This document shows positions 1-11,194 of a stretch of 64,000 bases of DNA, piece by piece. Position 1 is the stretch's first letter; each line of letters starts with the position of its first letter. Source of the stretch: Escherichia coli (GTDB lineage: Bacteria; Pseudomonadota; Gammaproteobacteria; Enterobacterales; Enterobacteriaceae); assembly GCF_003790525.1 (NCBI RefSeq), contig NZ_CP033635.1; one strand, given 5' to 3'. Below the pieces are notes generated by a model that was not told where the DNA came from, made no database searches, and saw only the letters and a list, made by a program, of their open reading frames with translations. The position numbers were made by a program, and so were the translations under genes.

Positions 1-2194
1 TACACTGAGCGGTACAAAATCCGGCACCTACCCCGTGACAGTTAGCGTGAACAATTATGGTGTCAGTGATACGAAACAGGTGACTTTGATTGCCGATGCT
101 GGTACCGCAACACTAGCCTCCTTAACCTCTGTATACTCATTCGTCGTCAGCACGACCGAGGGCGCGACCATGACTGCAAGCGTCACTGACGCTAACGGCA
201 ACCCGGTAGAAGGCATAAAAGTTAATTTCCGCGGAACCTCCGTCACGCTAAGCAGCACCAGCGTTGAAACGGATGATCAGGGTTTCGCTGAAATTCTTGT
301 GACAAGCACCGAAGTCGGACTGAAAACAGTTTCAGCCTCTCTGGCAGATAAACCTACTGAAGTCATATCGCGATTACTGAATGCAAAAGCAGATATTAAT
401 TCTGCAACGATTACCAGTCTGGAGATACCTGAAGGTCAGCTAATGGTCGCACAAGACGTAGCAGTTAAAGCTCACGTCAACGACCAGTTTGGCAACCCGA
501 TTCTTAATGAATCTGTAACATTCAGTGCAGAGCCACCAGAGCACATGACCATCAGCCAAAATATTGTCTCTACTGATACGCATGGTATAGCCGAGGTCTC
601 CATGACGCCCGAAAGAAACGGTTCGTATATGGTGAAAGCATCCCTGGCGAATGGAGCCTCACTTGAGAAACAACTGGAGGCTATTGATGAAAAACTGACA
701 CTCACGGCGTCCAGTCCGCTTATCGGTGTCTATGCCCCTACAGGCACTACTCTGACGGCAACGCTAACCTCTGCAAATGGCACTCCAGTGGAGGGTCAGG
801 TCATCAACTTTAGCGTAACGCCAGAAGGGGCGACGTTAAGTGGCGGAAAAGTGAGAACTAACTCTTCAGGTCAGGCTCCGGTCGTTCTGACCAGCAATAA
901 AGTCGGTACATATACGGTGACTGCATCGTTCCATAACGGCGTAACAATACAGACACAGACAACCGTGAAAGTCACTGGCAACTCAAGCACCGCACATGTT
1001 GCTAGCTTTATCGCTGATCCATCGACTATCGCCGCCACCAACAGTGATTTAAGTACCTTAAAGGCAACGGTTGAGGATGGCAGTGGTAACCTGATCGAAG
1101 GTCTCACTGTGTACTTCGCCTTAAAAAGCGGCTCTGCCACATTAACGTCATTAACAGCGGTGACCGATCAAAACGGAATCGCGACAACAAGCGTGAAAGG
1201 AGCGATGACAGGTAGCGTCACGGTAAGCGCAGTCACGACCGCTGGTGGAATGCAAACAGTAGATATAACGCTGGTGGCTGGCCCGGCAGACACCTCGCAG
1301 TCCGTCCTTAAGAGCAATCGGTCATCACTGAAAGGGGACTATACCGATAGTGCTGAATTACGTCTTGTTCTGCACGATATATCAGGCAATCCGATCAAAG
1401 TTTCTGAAGGGATGGAATTTGTGCAATCAGGTACTAACGTGCCCTATATAAAAATTAGCGCAATTGATTACAGTCTAAATATCAACGGTGATTACAAAGC
1501 CACTGTTACAAGCGGCGGAGAGGGTATCGCAACGCTGATCCCTGTATTGAATGGTGTTCATCAAGCTGGTCTGAGTACCACAATACAATTCACTCGCGCA
1601 GAAGACAAAATAATGAGCGGTACAGTATCAGTCAATGGTACTGACCTACCGACAACTACATTCCCTTCGCAGGGGTTCACCGGGGCGTATTATCAGTTGA
1701 ATAATGACAACTTTGCCCCAGGAAAAACGGCGGCTGATTATGAGTTTTCAAGCTCTGCCTCCTGGGTCGATGTTGATGCTACCGGTAAAGTGACATTTAA
1801 AAATGTCGGCAGCAATTGGGAAAGGATTACGGCGACGCCAAAATCAGGAGGCCCTAGCTATGTATACGAAATCCGTGTGAAGAGTTGGTGGGTGAACGCC
1901 GGCGAGGCTTTCATGATATACAGCCTTGCTGAAAATTTTTGCAGCAGCAATGGCTACACGCTCCCCAGAGCAAACTATTTAAACCACAGTAGTTCCCGAG
2001 GCATCGGGTCACTGTACAGTGAATGGGGAGATATGGGGCATTACACGACTGACGCTGGTTTTCAATCAAATATGTATTGGTCATCTAGTCCCGCAAACTC
2101 AAGCGAACAATACGTAGTTTCCCTGGCAACAGGTGATCAAAGCGTATTTGAAAAGCTTGGGTTTGCTTATGCGACATGTTATAAAAACCTGTGA
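1..2194 (+). CDS. yeeJ: 3' part of inverse-autotransporter adhesin (YeeJ-like); reading frame is open from the left window edge; repeated Ig-like (Big) segments and C-terminal lectin-like domain
   Basis: ORF 35..2194 has no upstream stop back to position 2; T/S/V-rich repeated beta-domain composition typical of intimin/invasin-family passengers; synteny with yeeL-shiA-amn. Confidence 0.8.
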   Translation, partial: TLSGTKSGTYPVTVSVNNYGVSDTKQVTLIADAGTATLASLTSVYSFVVSTTEGATMTASVTDANGNPVEGIKVNFRGTSVTLSSTSVETDDQGFAEILVTSTEVGLKTVSASLADKPTEVISRLLNAKADINSATITSLEIPEGQLMVAQDVAVKAHVNDQFGNPILNESVTFSAEPPEHMTISQNIVSTDTHGIAEVSMTPERNGSYMVKASLANGASLEKQLEAIDEKLTLTASSPLIGVYAPTGTTLTATLTSANGTPVEGQVINFSVTPEGATLSGGKVRTNSSGQAPVVLTSNKVGTYTVTASFHNGVTIQTQTTVKVTGNSSTAHVASFIADPSTIAATNSDLSTLKATVEDGSGNLIEGLTVYFALKSGSATLTSLTAVTDQNGIATTSVKGAMTGSVTVSAVTTAGGMQTVDITLVAGPADTSQSVLKSNRSSLKGDYTDSAELRLVLHDISGNPIKVSEGMEFVQSGTNVPYIKISAIDYSLNINGDYKATVTSGGEGIATLIPVLNGVHQAGLSTTIQFTRAEDKIMSGTVSVNGTDLPTTTFPSQGFTGAYYQLNNDNFAPGKTAADYEFSSSASWVDVDATGKVTFKNVGSNWERITATPKSGGPSYVYEIRVKSWWVNAGEAFMIYSLAENFCSSNGYTLPRANYLNHSSSRGIGSLYSEWGDMGHYTTDAGFQSNMYWSSSPANSSEQYVVSLATGDQSVFEKLGFAYATCYKNL

Positions 2195-2455
2195 TTTTCC
2201 GTTATAATTTCTTAAAGAGTGCTCCATTCGGAGCACTCTTTTTTACATTCCCTCTATAGAGCTTGGCCTTCTCTCACAGAAAATGAATAAATAAAACTGC
2301 TGCACCGCAAGAATCGCGTTCGATGTGACTATGATCGTATCCGGTGAGTACAGCTTTGATCCAAAGGCTGGTTTTCTGTGATGATTGACCAGCCTCAGAG
2401 TATTGATGACACCACCGTTCATAACAGATCGGCATTACTATGCATAAGTACTGTC

Positions 2456-3508
2456 TCATATTCTCGCCAAAACACTTTTTAATGCCTTTGCGAATTCATC
2501 CAGACTTATATTGTCAATTTTTTGCCCAACGACGACTGACTCCGAAACATCGGCCATTGCGGGCCATCGCGTTTTGTAATCAGCATAAATTGCAACAACG
2601 GGAGTATTATAGGCACTTGCCATATGTAATATTGAGGTGTCAGGAGTTATTGCGATATAAGCATCTTTTATGATTGCTGCTGAACGTTTAATCGAGGGTG
2701 ATAAGGATAAACGGTAGACATTATTATAACAATCCACTAATACCCTGGCTTTATCTTCCCCTTTTGGTCCATGAACGATCACTATTGGTATATCTGTTTC
2801 ACTTTGAATTTTTGCTATTAGATTTTCTGCAATCGATAATGAAAATGTACGTTCCTGCGAGCTACCTTCTAAATTAAGCGCAATGTAAGATCCTAACGAT
2901 CGCATTTCCTCGCGCACCTCATCGAGTACATCCTCACTTAGTGGCAATTCATATATTGGCCTGACTGCTGGAAAACCCGCCTCACGCATCATAAATGCCC
3001 ATGTCATGGGTACAGGAGCCCGGAGATTCTGATCCATCCGGGACGCGTTCTTGCACAAAGGGGAGTAGCACTTCATGGTTAAACCAACAACCTGAAAATT
3101 CGTTTTTGCTTTCAACTGACTGATAAATATCATCGTTTTCAGGTTCTTTTTACGCATCGCCTCTATACAAAGATCCGGCGTACCGTATTTCTGTGTTATG
3201 TTCTTTGCTAAATCTTTTATTTCTTTTAATGTTGCGTGATCCTGCATAGTCATTGTGACTAATGTTAATTTAGTCTTTTCAAGTTTAAGTGCATTAAACA
3301 CTTCTAAATTAATTGTCGACGTAACAATTAAAAGATGCTTAATTTTATGCAATTCAAGCGCCCGAATAACAGGAAAGATGGCCATAGCATCGCCAATCTG
3401 GTCGGGAATATGGATGACAACAAAGTCTGTTTTTTCAATATTGAAATTATAAGCTTTATAATCGTAGTAACTAAATGCAATACGTCTCAACAATGATGCT
3501 AAAAACAT
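2456..3508 (-). CDS. yeeL: glycosyltransferase family 9 (heptosyltransferase-like) protein, YeeL-like, apparently intact here
   Basis: 350 aa ORF; position between yeeJ and shiA. Confidence 0.7.
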   Translation of the reverse strand: MFLASLLRRIAFSYYDYKAYNFNIEKTDFVVIHIPDQIGDAMAIFPVIRALELHKIKHLLIVTSTINLEVFNALKLEKTKLTLVTMTMQDHATLKEIKDLAKNITQKYGTPDLCIEAMRKKNLKTMIFISQLKAKTNFQVVGLTMKCYSPLCKNASRMDQNLRAPVPMTWAFMMREAGFPAVRPIYELPLSEDVLDEVREEMRSLGSYIALNLEGSSQERTFSLSIAENLIAKIQSETDIPIVIVHGPKGEDKARVLVDCYNNVYRLSLSPSIKRSAAIIKDAYIAITPDTSILHMASAYNTPVVAIYADYKTRWPAMADVSESVVVGQKIDNISLDEFAKALKSVLARI

Positions 3509-3822
3509 ACCTAACCTCGCCTCCCTACTGGTTATAATGCAATGCAGTCTATCAGACTCATCAGGGTGCCATTTTGTGCATATGCGGACTTTTATGTTTC
3601 ATATCTCTAACCTGTGGCTCCTCTGCTTAATCCTTAAACAACACCAGCAACTCCTGCGCTTTCATCTTCCATCGAATTTTTCATGTTGCCGCTAATCAGC
3701 CATAAAATCATTTGCAGATGCGCTCTGTCGAGGTAGTCTCATAAGGTTCGTTTATAGATCGACGGCAATGTGAGTTACCTTTTCCATACTAATTATAAAA
3801 AGACAGTACAAACAGGATCATT

Positions 3823-5139
3823 ATGGACTCCACGCTCATCTCCACTCGTCCCGATGAAGGGACGCTTTCGTTAAGTCGCGCCCGACGAGCTGCGTTAGGC
3901 AGCTTCGCTGGTGCCGTCGTCGACTGGTATGATTTTTTACTCTATGGCATCACCGCCGCACTGGTGTTTAATCGCGAGTTTTTCCCGCAAGTAAGCCCGG
4001 CGATGGGAACGCTCGCCGCATTTGCCACCTTTGGCGTCGGATTCCTTTTCCGTCCGCTCGGCGGTGTCATTTTCGGTCACTTTGGCGACCGACTGGGACG
4101 TAAGCGCATGTTAATGCTGACCGTCTGGATGATGGGCATCGCGACAGCCTTGATTGGTATTCTTCCTTCATTCTCGACCATTGGGTGGTGGGCACCTATT
4201 TTGCTGGTGACACTGCGTGCCATTCAGGGATTTGCCGTCGGCGGCGAATGGGGAGGCGCGGCGTTGCTTTCCGTTGAAAGTGCACCGAAAAATAAAAAAG
4301 CCTTTTACAGTAGCGGTGTACAAGTTGGCTACGGTGTAGGTTTACTGCTTTCAACCGGACTGGTTTCATTGATCAGTATGATGACGACTGACGAACAGTT
4401 TTTAAGCTGGGGCTGGCGCATTCCTTTCCTGTTTAGCATCGTACTGGTACTGGGAGCATTGTGGGTGCGCAATGGCATGGAGGAGTCCGCGGAATTTGAA
4501 CAACAGCAACATTATCAAGCTGCCGCGAAAAAACGCATCCCGGTTATCGAAGCGCTGTTACGACATCCCGGTGCTTTCCTGAAGATTATTGCGCTACGAC
4601 TGTGCGAATTGCTGACGATGTACATCGTTACTGCCTTTGCACTTAATTATTCAACCCAGAATATGGGGTTACCGCGCGAACTTTTCCTCAATATTGGTTT
4701 GCTGGTAGGTGGATTAAGCTGCTTGACAATTCCCTGTTTTGCCTGGCTTGCCGATCGTTTTGGTCGCCGCAGGGTTTATATCACAGGTGCGTTAATCGGA
4801 ACGTTGAGCGCATTTCCTTTCTTTATGGCGCTTGAAGCACAATCTATTTTCTGGATAGTTTTCTTCTCCATAATGCTGGCAAACATTGCGCATGACATGG
4901 TGGTGTGTGTGCAACAACCGATGTTTACCGAAATGTTTGGTGCCAGTTATCGCTATAGTGGTGCTGGAGTCGGTTATCAGGTCGCCAGTGTGGTTGGCGG
5001 TGGATTTACACCTTTTATTGCCGCTGCACTCATCACTTACTTTGCCGGGAACTGGCATAGCGTCGCCATTTATTTGCTGGCTGGATGTCTGATTTCCGCA
5101 ATGACCGCTTTGTTGATGAAAGACAATCAACGCGCTTGA
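3823..5139 (+). CDS. shiA: shikimate transporter, MFS metabolite:H+ symporter family
   Basis: 438 aa ORF with MFS signature (GHFGDRLGRKRML) and 12-TM composition; conserved synteny. Confidence 0.9.
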   Translation: MDSTLISTRPDEGTLSLSRARRAALGSFAGAVVDWYDFLLYGITAALVFNREFFPQVSPAMGTLAAFATFGVGFLFRPLGGVIFGHFGDRLGRKRMLMLTVWMMGIATALIGILPSFSTIGWWAPILLVTLRAIQGFAVGGEWGGAALLSVESAPKNKKAFYSSGVQVGYGVGLLLSTGLVSLISMMTTDEQFLSWGWRIPFLFSIVLVLGALWVRNGMEESAEFEQQQHYQAAAKKRIPVIEALLRHPGAFLKIIALRLCELLTMYIVTAFALNYSTQNMGLPRELFLNIGLLVGGLSCLTIPCFAWLADRFGRRRVYITGALIGTLSAFPFFMALEAQSIFWIVFFSIMLANIAHDMVVCVQQPMFTEMFGASYRYSGAGVGYQVASVVGGGFTPFIAAALITYFAGNWHSVAIYLLAGCLISAMTALLMKDNQRA

Positions 5140-5240
5140 TAGTCTGGCGAAGATCATCCGATCTTCGCCTTACACTTTTGTTTCACATTCCTGTGACATA
5201 CTATCGGATGTGCGGTAATTGTATGGAACAGGAGACACAC

Positions 5241-6695
5241 ATGAATAATAAGGGCTCCGGTCTGACCCCAGCTCAGGCACTGGATAAACTCGACGCGCTG
5301 TATGAGCAATCTGTAGTCGCATTACGCAACGCCATTGGCAACTATATTACAAGTGGCGAATTACCTGATGAAAACGCCCGCAAATAAGGTCTTTTTGTCT
5401 ATCCATCACTGACCGTAACCTGGGACGGTAGCACAACCAATCCCCCCAAAACGCGCGCATTTGGTCGTTTTACTCACGCAGGCAGCTACACCACCACGAT
5501 TACTCGCCCTACTCTCTTTCGTTCGTATCTTAATGAACAACTTACGTTGCTGTATCAGGATTATGGTGCGCATATCTCTGTGCAACCCTCGCAGCATGAA
5601 ATCCCTTATCCTTATGTCATCGATGGCTCTGAATTGACACTTGATCGCTCAATGAGCGCTGGGTTAACTCGCTACTTCCCGACAACAGAACTGGCGCAAA
5701 TTGGCGATGAAACTGCAGACGGCATTTATCATCCAACTGAATTCTCCCCCCTATCGCATTTTGATGCGCGCCGCGTCGATTTTTCCCTCGCACGGTTGCG
5801 CCATTATACCGGTACGCCAGTTGAACATTTTCAGCCGTTCGTCTTGTTTACCAACTACACACGTTATGTGGATGAATTCGTTCGTTGGGGATGCAGCCAG
5901 ATCCTCGATCCTGATAGTCCCTACATTGCCCTTTCTTGTGCTGGCGGGAACTGGATCACCGCCGAAACCGAAGCGCCAGAAGAAGCCATTTCCGACCTTG
6001 CATGGAAAAAACATCAGATGCCAGCATGGCATTTAATTACCGCCGATGGTCAGGGTATTACTCTGGTGAATATTGGCGTGGGACCGTCAAATGCTAAAAC
6101 CATCTGCGATCATCTGGCAGTGCTACGCCCGGATGTCTGGTTGATGATTGGTCACTGTGGCGGATTACGTGAAAGTCAGGCCATTGGCGATTATGTACTT
6201 GCACACGCTTATTTACGCGATGACCACGTTCTTGATGCGGTTCTGCCGCCCGATATTCCTATTCCGAGCATTGCTGAAGTGCAACGTGCGCTTTATGACG
6301 CCACCAAGCTGGTGAGTGGCAGGCCCGGTGAGGAAGTCAAACAGCGGCTACGTACTGGTACTGTGGTAACCACAGATGACAGGAACTGGGAATTACGTTA
6401 CTCAGCTTCTGCACTTCGTTTTAACTTAAGCCGGGCCGTAGCAATTGATATGGAAAGTGCAACCATTGCCGCGCAAGGATATCGTTTCCGCGTGCCATAC
6501 GGGACACTACTGTGTGTTTCAGATAAACCGTTGCATGGCGAGATTAAACTTCCCGGTCAGGCTAACCGTTTTTATGAAGGCGCTATTTCCGAACACCTAC
6601 AAATTGGCATTCGGGCGATCGATTTGCTGCGCGCAGAAGGCGACCGACTGCATTCACGTAAATTACGAACCTTTAATGAGCCGCCGTTCCGATAA
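5241..6695 (+). pseudogene. amn: AMP nucleosidase gene interrupted by a single in-frame TAA at 5385-5387 (codon about 49); remainder of frame is open
   Basis: ORFs 5085..5387 (contains MNNKGSGLTPAQALDKLDALYEQ...) and 5547..6695 are in the same frame; no other stop between 5388 and 5546. Confidence 0.8.
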
Positions 6696-7037
6696 TAAGT
6701 TCTGAACCTTCTTATCAGAAATAGATGTGAAGGATTAAGTAAGACATCTGGCAAATAGCCTGCAATAAACGCGGGCTGTTTGCTTCCTTGGGCAAATGCG
6801 AGTTTCATTATCGTCTTAATGATTTCCGCATATTAAAAGCAAGTATGCTTTAAAAACATAATTATAAAAAATCCCGCCAACAACATTAGTATTTATAAAA
6901 CAAAATATAAGATTATGGCTTTAGAATATTTTTATTTCTAATAGACGAGATTTTTCCTGTTATGATATAATATGCCGAATTAACACATGTTAACGATTTA
7001 CCTGTAATGTAAATAAATTTTCGAGGAGATCATTCCA

Positions 7038-7754
7038 GTGGGACGTAAATGGGCCAATATTGTTGCTAAAAAAACGGCTAAAGACGGTGCAACGTCTAAA
7101 ATTTATGCAAAATTCGGTGTAGAAATCTATGCTGCTGCCAAACAAGGTGAACCTGATCCAGAATTAAACACATCTTTAAAATTCGTTATTGAACGTGCAA
7201 AGCAGGCACAAGTTCCAAAGCACGTTATTGATAAAGCAATTGATAAAGCCAAAGGCGGCGGAGATGAAACGTTCGTGCAGGGACGTTATGAAGGCTTTGG
7301 TCCTAATGGCTCAATGATTATCGCCGAGACATTGACTTCAAATGTTAACCGTACGATTGCTAACGTTCGCACAATTTTCAATAAAAAAGGCGGCAATATC
7401 GGAGCGGCAGGTTCTGTCAGCTATATGTTTGACAATACGGGTGTGATTGTATTTAAGGGGACAGACCCTGACCATATTTTTGAAATTTTACTTGAAGCTG
7501 AAGTTGATGTTCGTGATGTGACTGAAGAAGAAGGTAACATTGTTATTTATACTGAACCTACTGACCTTCATAAAGGAATCGCGGCTCTAAAAGCAGCTGG
7601 AATCACTGAGTTCTCAACAACAGAATTAGAAATGATTGCTCAATCTGAAGTTGAGCTTTCCCCAGAAGATTTAGAAATCTTTGAAGGGCTTGTTGATGCC
7701 CTTGAAGATGACGACGATGTACAAAAAGTTTATCATAACGTCGCAAATCTCTAA
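7038..7754 (+). CDS. yeeN: YebC/PmpR-family probable transcriptional regulator
   Basis: 238 aa ORF with YebC-family N-terminus ([12 protein letters not shown]...). Confidence 0.9.
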
Positions 7755-8104
7755 TTATCTTTTAAAGAAATCTGTCTTTACGGCAGATTTCTTTAATCTC
7801 ATATAACCCTTATAAAAAATATAATGTTCAACTCGTCATATTGATTATAAAAAATCCCCGTTCCCAGAGAAATAATATTTATTAAAATTCCAGTTCTTCT
7901 TTTTCTGATTACAGAAGGCAAAGTGGCAATAACGCATAGTTTCCCGATAAAGACGCGATAGCGACATCCCGCATAAGGCATTTTTCTCTTTATCTTTGTA
8001 CGGTACTTCATGGAACAGAGTTTTTGACCTTGCGAATCGTGATGTCTGTTGGGGGCAACTTGCTCACTGAAGCGTGAGACTCGATTAAGCGCACGAAACA
8101 CAGA

Positions 8105-8160
8105 AATCAAAAAACCCGGTCACTTTTTTACAAGGTAACCGGGTAAAAATAATTTTTATT
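8105..8160. terminator. hairpin (ACCCGGT...ACCGGGT) followed by A/T-rich run between yeeN and asnW; possible bidirectional terminator
   Basis: inverted repeat read directly in sequence. Confidence 0.4.
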
Positions 8161-8205
8161 TTTTAACTGTTTTGAGACTCATAGAGATATCTCAAAACTA
8201 AAATT

Positions 8206-8281
8206 TGGCTCCTCTGACTGGACTCGAACCAGTGACATACGGATTAACAGTCCGCCGTTCTACCGACTGAACTACAGAGGA
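8206..8281 (-). tRNA. asnW: tRNA-Asn (GTT anticodon)
   Basis: 76-nt reverse complement of the tRNA-Asn sequence also present at 10030 and 12439; ends in CCA. Confidence 0.95.
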
Positions 8282-8381
8282 ATCGTGAGAACGAGACGAA
8301 TATTAGCGATGCCCACCCATAATGTCAAAGCCTGTTTTTTAAATTTGAAATCGTTTGCTGAAATAATCTGCATTTTGTCGT

Positions 8382-9869
8382 TTATTCCGACACAGCTGGC
8401 TTTTTTTCACACTTTTGCGGTTCGGATCGAGGGTATTTCCACAGCCAACGTCCAGTAACCATTCGCCAGTAAAACAGCACGGCCCGCACAGCCCAGTCGG
8501 CAAACATTCCCATCCAGACACCAACCACACCCCAGCCAAGCATGATGCCCAGCACATAACCGACGACAACCCGGCAACCCCACATGCTCAACATAGAAAC
8601 CCACATGGCGTAACGGGCATCGCGAGCACCTTTAAATCCAGCGGGTAGCACCCATGAGGCGGACCAAATAGGCATAAATAAAGCATTTAGCCAAATCAGA
8701 ATCACAACGACATGTTTAACCTGTGGATCCTGGGTGTAAAACGATGCCATAACCCCGGCAAAGGGAGCCGTTAGCCAGGCGATGGCCGTTAATCCAAGAG
8801 TGGAAAGCCAGAACACATGCCGCAACTGAATCTCTGCTTGCGCTATCTGCCCTACCCCCAACCTTCGGCCTGTAATGATCGTAGAAGCAGAGCCGAGCGC
8901 ACTTCCGGGTAAGTTGATAAGAGCCGCAATTGAAAACGCGATAAAATTTCCGGCAATAACACTGGTCCCCATCCCGGCAACGAACATTTGGGTTAATAAC
9001 CGACCACTGGTAAATAACACTGATTCGACACTCGCTGGAATACCAATCCCCATGACTTCCCAGATAATGCTAAAATTCAGCGGTTTAAAATAGCTCTTTA
9101 ACGAAATCCTTAGCGCAGGATTAAAACCAATCGCCAGCACCCACAAAATTGCAACTGCGCCAATATAACGAGAAATGGTTAAACCCAACCCAGCCCCGAC
9201 AAATCCCAGTCCCGGCCAGGAGAAAAGGCCGTAAATCAATATGCCGCTAATAATAATATTAAGAATATTCAGGCTACCGTTAATCAGTAGCGGTATTTTC
9301 GTATTCCCTGCACCACGAAGTGCCCCGCTACCAATCAAAGTGATGGCAGCTGCTGGATAACTGAGTGCCGTCAGCTCCAGATAAGTCAACGCCAGTGCTT
9401 TAACTTCTGTCGTGGCATCACCCGCGACGAAATCAATAATTTGTTCGCCAAAATGATGAATAAGCGTTGCCAACAGTACGGCAAACAACGTCATGATCAC
9501 CAATGACTGCCGCGTCGCCACCCTCGCTCGTCGTCGATCCCGCTTACCGAGACTAAATGCCACAACGACAGTAGTACCAAGATCGATAGCAGCAAAAAAA
9601 GCCATAATGACCATATTGAAGCTGTCCGCCAATCCCACGCCGGCCATCGCATCTTTTCCCAGCCAGCTGACCAGAAAAGTGCTCAGGACACCCATCAACA
9701 GGACACAGGCATTCTCCATGAAGATAGGAACAGCAAGCGGGGTTATCTCGCGCCAGAACAACACTTTGTAGCTCTTGCGTTTAGCGTGCCAGCGAGTGCC
9801 GTGAACAACCTGGCGTAAAGCAGAGGAGATATTCAAAGCCGACCTTAATTGCAGAAAGTGAAACCACAT
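8382..9869 (-). CDS. yeeO: MATE-family efflux transporter; start taken at internal Met (MWHFLQLRS...) of the longer ORF 8382..10022
   Basis: multi-TM MATE-like ORF; synteny between asnW and asnU. Confidence 0.85.
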   Translation of the reverse strand: MWFHFLQLRSALNISSALRQVVHGTRWHAKRKSYKVLFWREITPLAVPIFMENACVLLMGVLSTFLVSWLGKDAMAGVGLADSFNMVIMAFFAAIDLGTTVVVAFSLGKRDRRRARVATRQSLVIMTLFAVLLATLIHHFGEQIIDFVAGDATTEVKALALTYLELTALSYPAAAITLIGSGALRGAGNTKIPLLINGSLNILNIIISGILIYGLFSWPGLGFVGAGLGLTISRYIGAVAILWVLAIGFNPALRISLKSYFKPLNFSIIWEVMGIGIPASVESVLFTSGRLLTQMFVAGMGTSVIAGNFIAFSIAALINLPGSALGSASTIITGRRLGVGQIAQAEIQLRHVFWLSTLGLTAIAWLTAPFAGVMASFYTQDPQVKHVVVILIWLNALFMPIWSASWVLPAGFKGARDARYAMWVSMLSMWGCRVVVGYVLGIMLGWGVVGVWMGMFADWAVRAVLFYWRMVTGRWLWKYPRSEPQKCEKKPAVSE

Positions 9870-10029
9870 TTCAAATAATGAGGGAGAATCAGCAAAGCTG
9901 CAAAGATTTTCGCCAACAAATTGTCTGCAAATGCAACAAACTGTTGATAGAAACGGCAAACAGTTGGGGAATTTAAAAATCGGGTTTGACAAAAGATTTT
10001 TCGCCGTTAAGATGTGCCTCAACAGCGAT

Positions 10030-10105
10030 TCCTCTGTAGTTCAGTCGGTAGAACGGCGGACTGTTAATCCGTATGTCACTGGTTCGAGTCCAGTCAGAGG
10101 AGCCA
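10030..10105 (+). tRNA. asnU: tRNA-Asn (GTT)
   Basis: TCCTCTGTAGTTCAGTCGGTAGAACGGCGGACTGTTAATCCGTATGTCACTGGTTCGAGTCCAGTCAGAGGAGCCA. Confidence 0.95.
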
Positions 10106-10114
10106 AATTTCTGA

Positions 10115-10142
10115 AAAGCCCGCTTTTATAGCGGGCTTTTTG
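10115..10142 (+). terminator. rho-independent terminator after asnU (GC hairpin AGCCCGC...GCGGGCT plus T run)
   Basis: hairpin and T tract read in sequence. Confidence 0.7.
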
Positions 10143-11093
10143 CTATATCTGATAATCAATTTCCTCTTCACTGTTTTCCATCACCTGCCGCTTGATATCC
10201 TCAACTGACAGTCCTGCATTACAAAGTTCCAGAAAGCGCCAGACATAGTTACGCTGAAGTTGTCCTCGCTTCAGTCCCAACCAGACAGTATTAGCATCGA
10301 AAAGATGCCGCGTATCCAGACGGATTAAATTCTCTTCCTCTTGTTCGCCGCTGGATTGTTCGGCAACTAATCCGATCCCAAGCCCAAGAGCAACATAGGT
10401 TTTAATGACATCAGAATCCTGCGCACTTAATACAATATCTGCCAGCAAACCTTTGCGGGCAAATGCGTCATCAATACGTGAGCGCCCCGTAATCCCCTGT
10501 CGGTAAGTGATTAACGGCCACTTCGCTATTGATTCCAGCGTCAATGGTGAAATTTGCGTCAAGGGATGATCGTGTGGAACAAGCAAACTATGGTGCCAAC
10601 GAAACCACGGGAAGGCGACGAGCTGCGGGTCATTACTCAAACGCTCGCTGGCGATACCAATATCAGCTTCGCCATTTTGCAACAATGTCGCAATTTCCTG
10701 TGGCGTCCCCTGGATTAGCCCGAGCCGAACCTCCGGGAAAAGTTCGCGAAAAGCTTTAATGACCTCTGGCAAGCTATAACGTGCCTGAGTATGCGTCGTT
10801 GCAATAGTGAGAACGCCAGACGTATCGTTGGTAAACAGGTCTGCAAGCCGACGAACATTACTGGCTTCATTCAGAATACGTTCTGCAATGACCAGTAATG
10901 CTTTGCCCGGTTCAGTCATGCCCAGCAGTCGCTTACCTCGTCGAACAAATATTTCGATGCCAAGTTCATCCTCCAGTTCCCGAATATGACGGCTGACGCC
11001 TGACTGTGAGGTAAAAAGCATATTCGCAACCTCTGTCAGGTTGTAATCCTGACGTGCAGCCTCGCGGATTATCTTTAGTTGTTGGAAATTCAC
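10143..11093 (-). CDS. cbl: LysR-family regulator Cbl
   Basis: 316 aa ORF with N-terminal LysR HTH; conserved position next to nac. Confidence 0.9.
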   Translation of the reverse strand: MNFQQLKIIREAARQDYNLTEVANMLFTSQSGVSRHIRELEDELGIEIFVRRGKRLLGMTEPGKALLVIAERILNEASNVRRLADLFTNDTSGVLTIATTHTQARYSLPEVIKAFRELFPEVRLGLIQGTPQEIATLLQNGEADIGIASERLSNDPQLVAFPWFRWHHSLLVPHDHPLTQISPLTLESIAKWPLITYRQGITGRSRIDDAFARKGLLADIVLSAQDSDVIKTYVALGLGIGLVAEQSSGEQEEENLIRLDTRHLFDANTVWLGLKRGQLQRNYVWRFLELCNAGLSVEDIKRQVMENSEEEIDYQI

Positions 11094-11194
11094 GGTAAAC
11101 TCCGGGCAGTTCAGATTTCCCGTTATTGTTAAAGTCTAATGCCCGGCATAACAAATAATAAAAACCCGCATCTTATTCCATTCCGATATAACAC

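Noticed and set aside
7799-8110. 103-aa minus-strand ORF between yeeN and asnW
   Set aside because: AT-rich intergenic sequence with terminator hairpins; no RBS and no recognisable protein features.
8382-10022. Long 546-aa form of the yeeO ORF
   Set aside because: The first 51 codons run through the asnU-proximal intergenic region and lack transporter character; the internal Met start is preferred.
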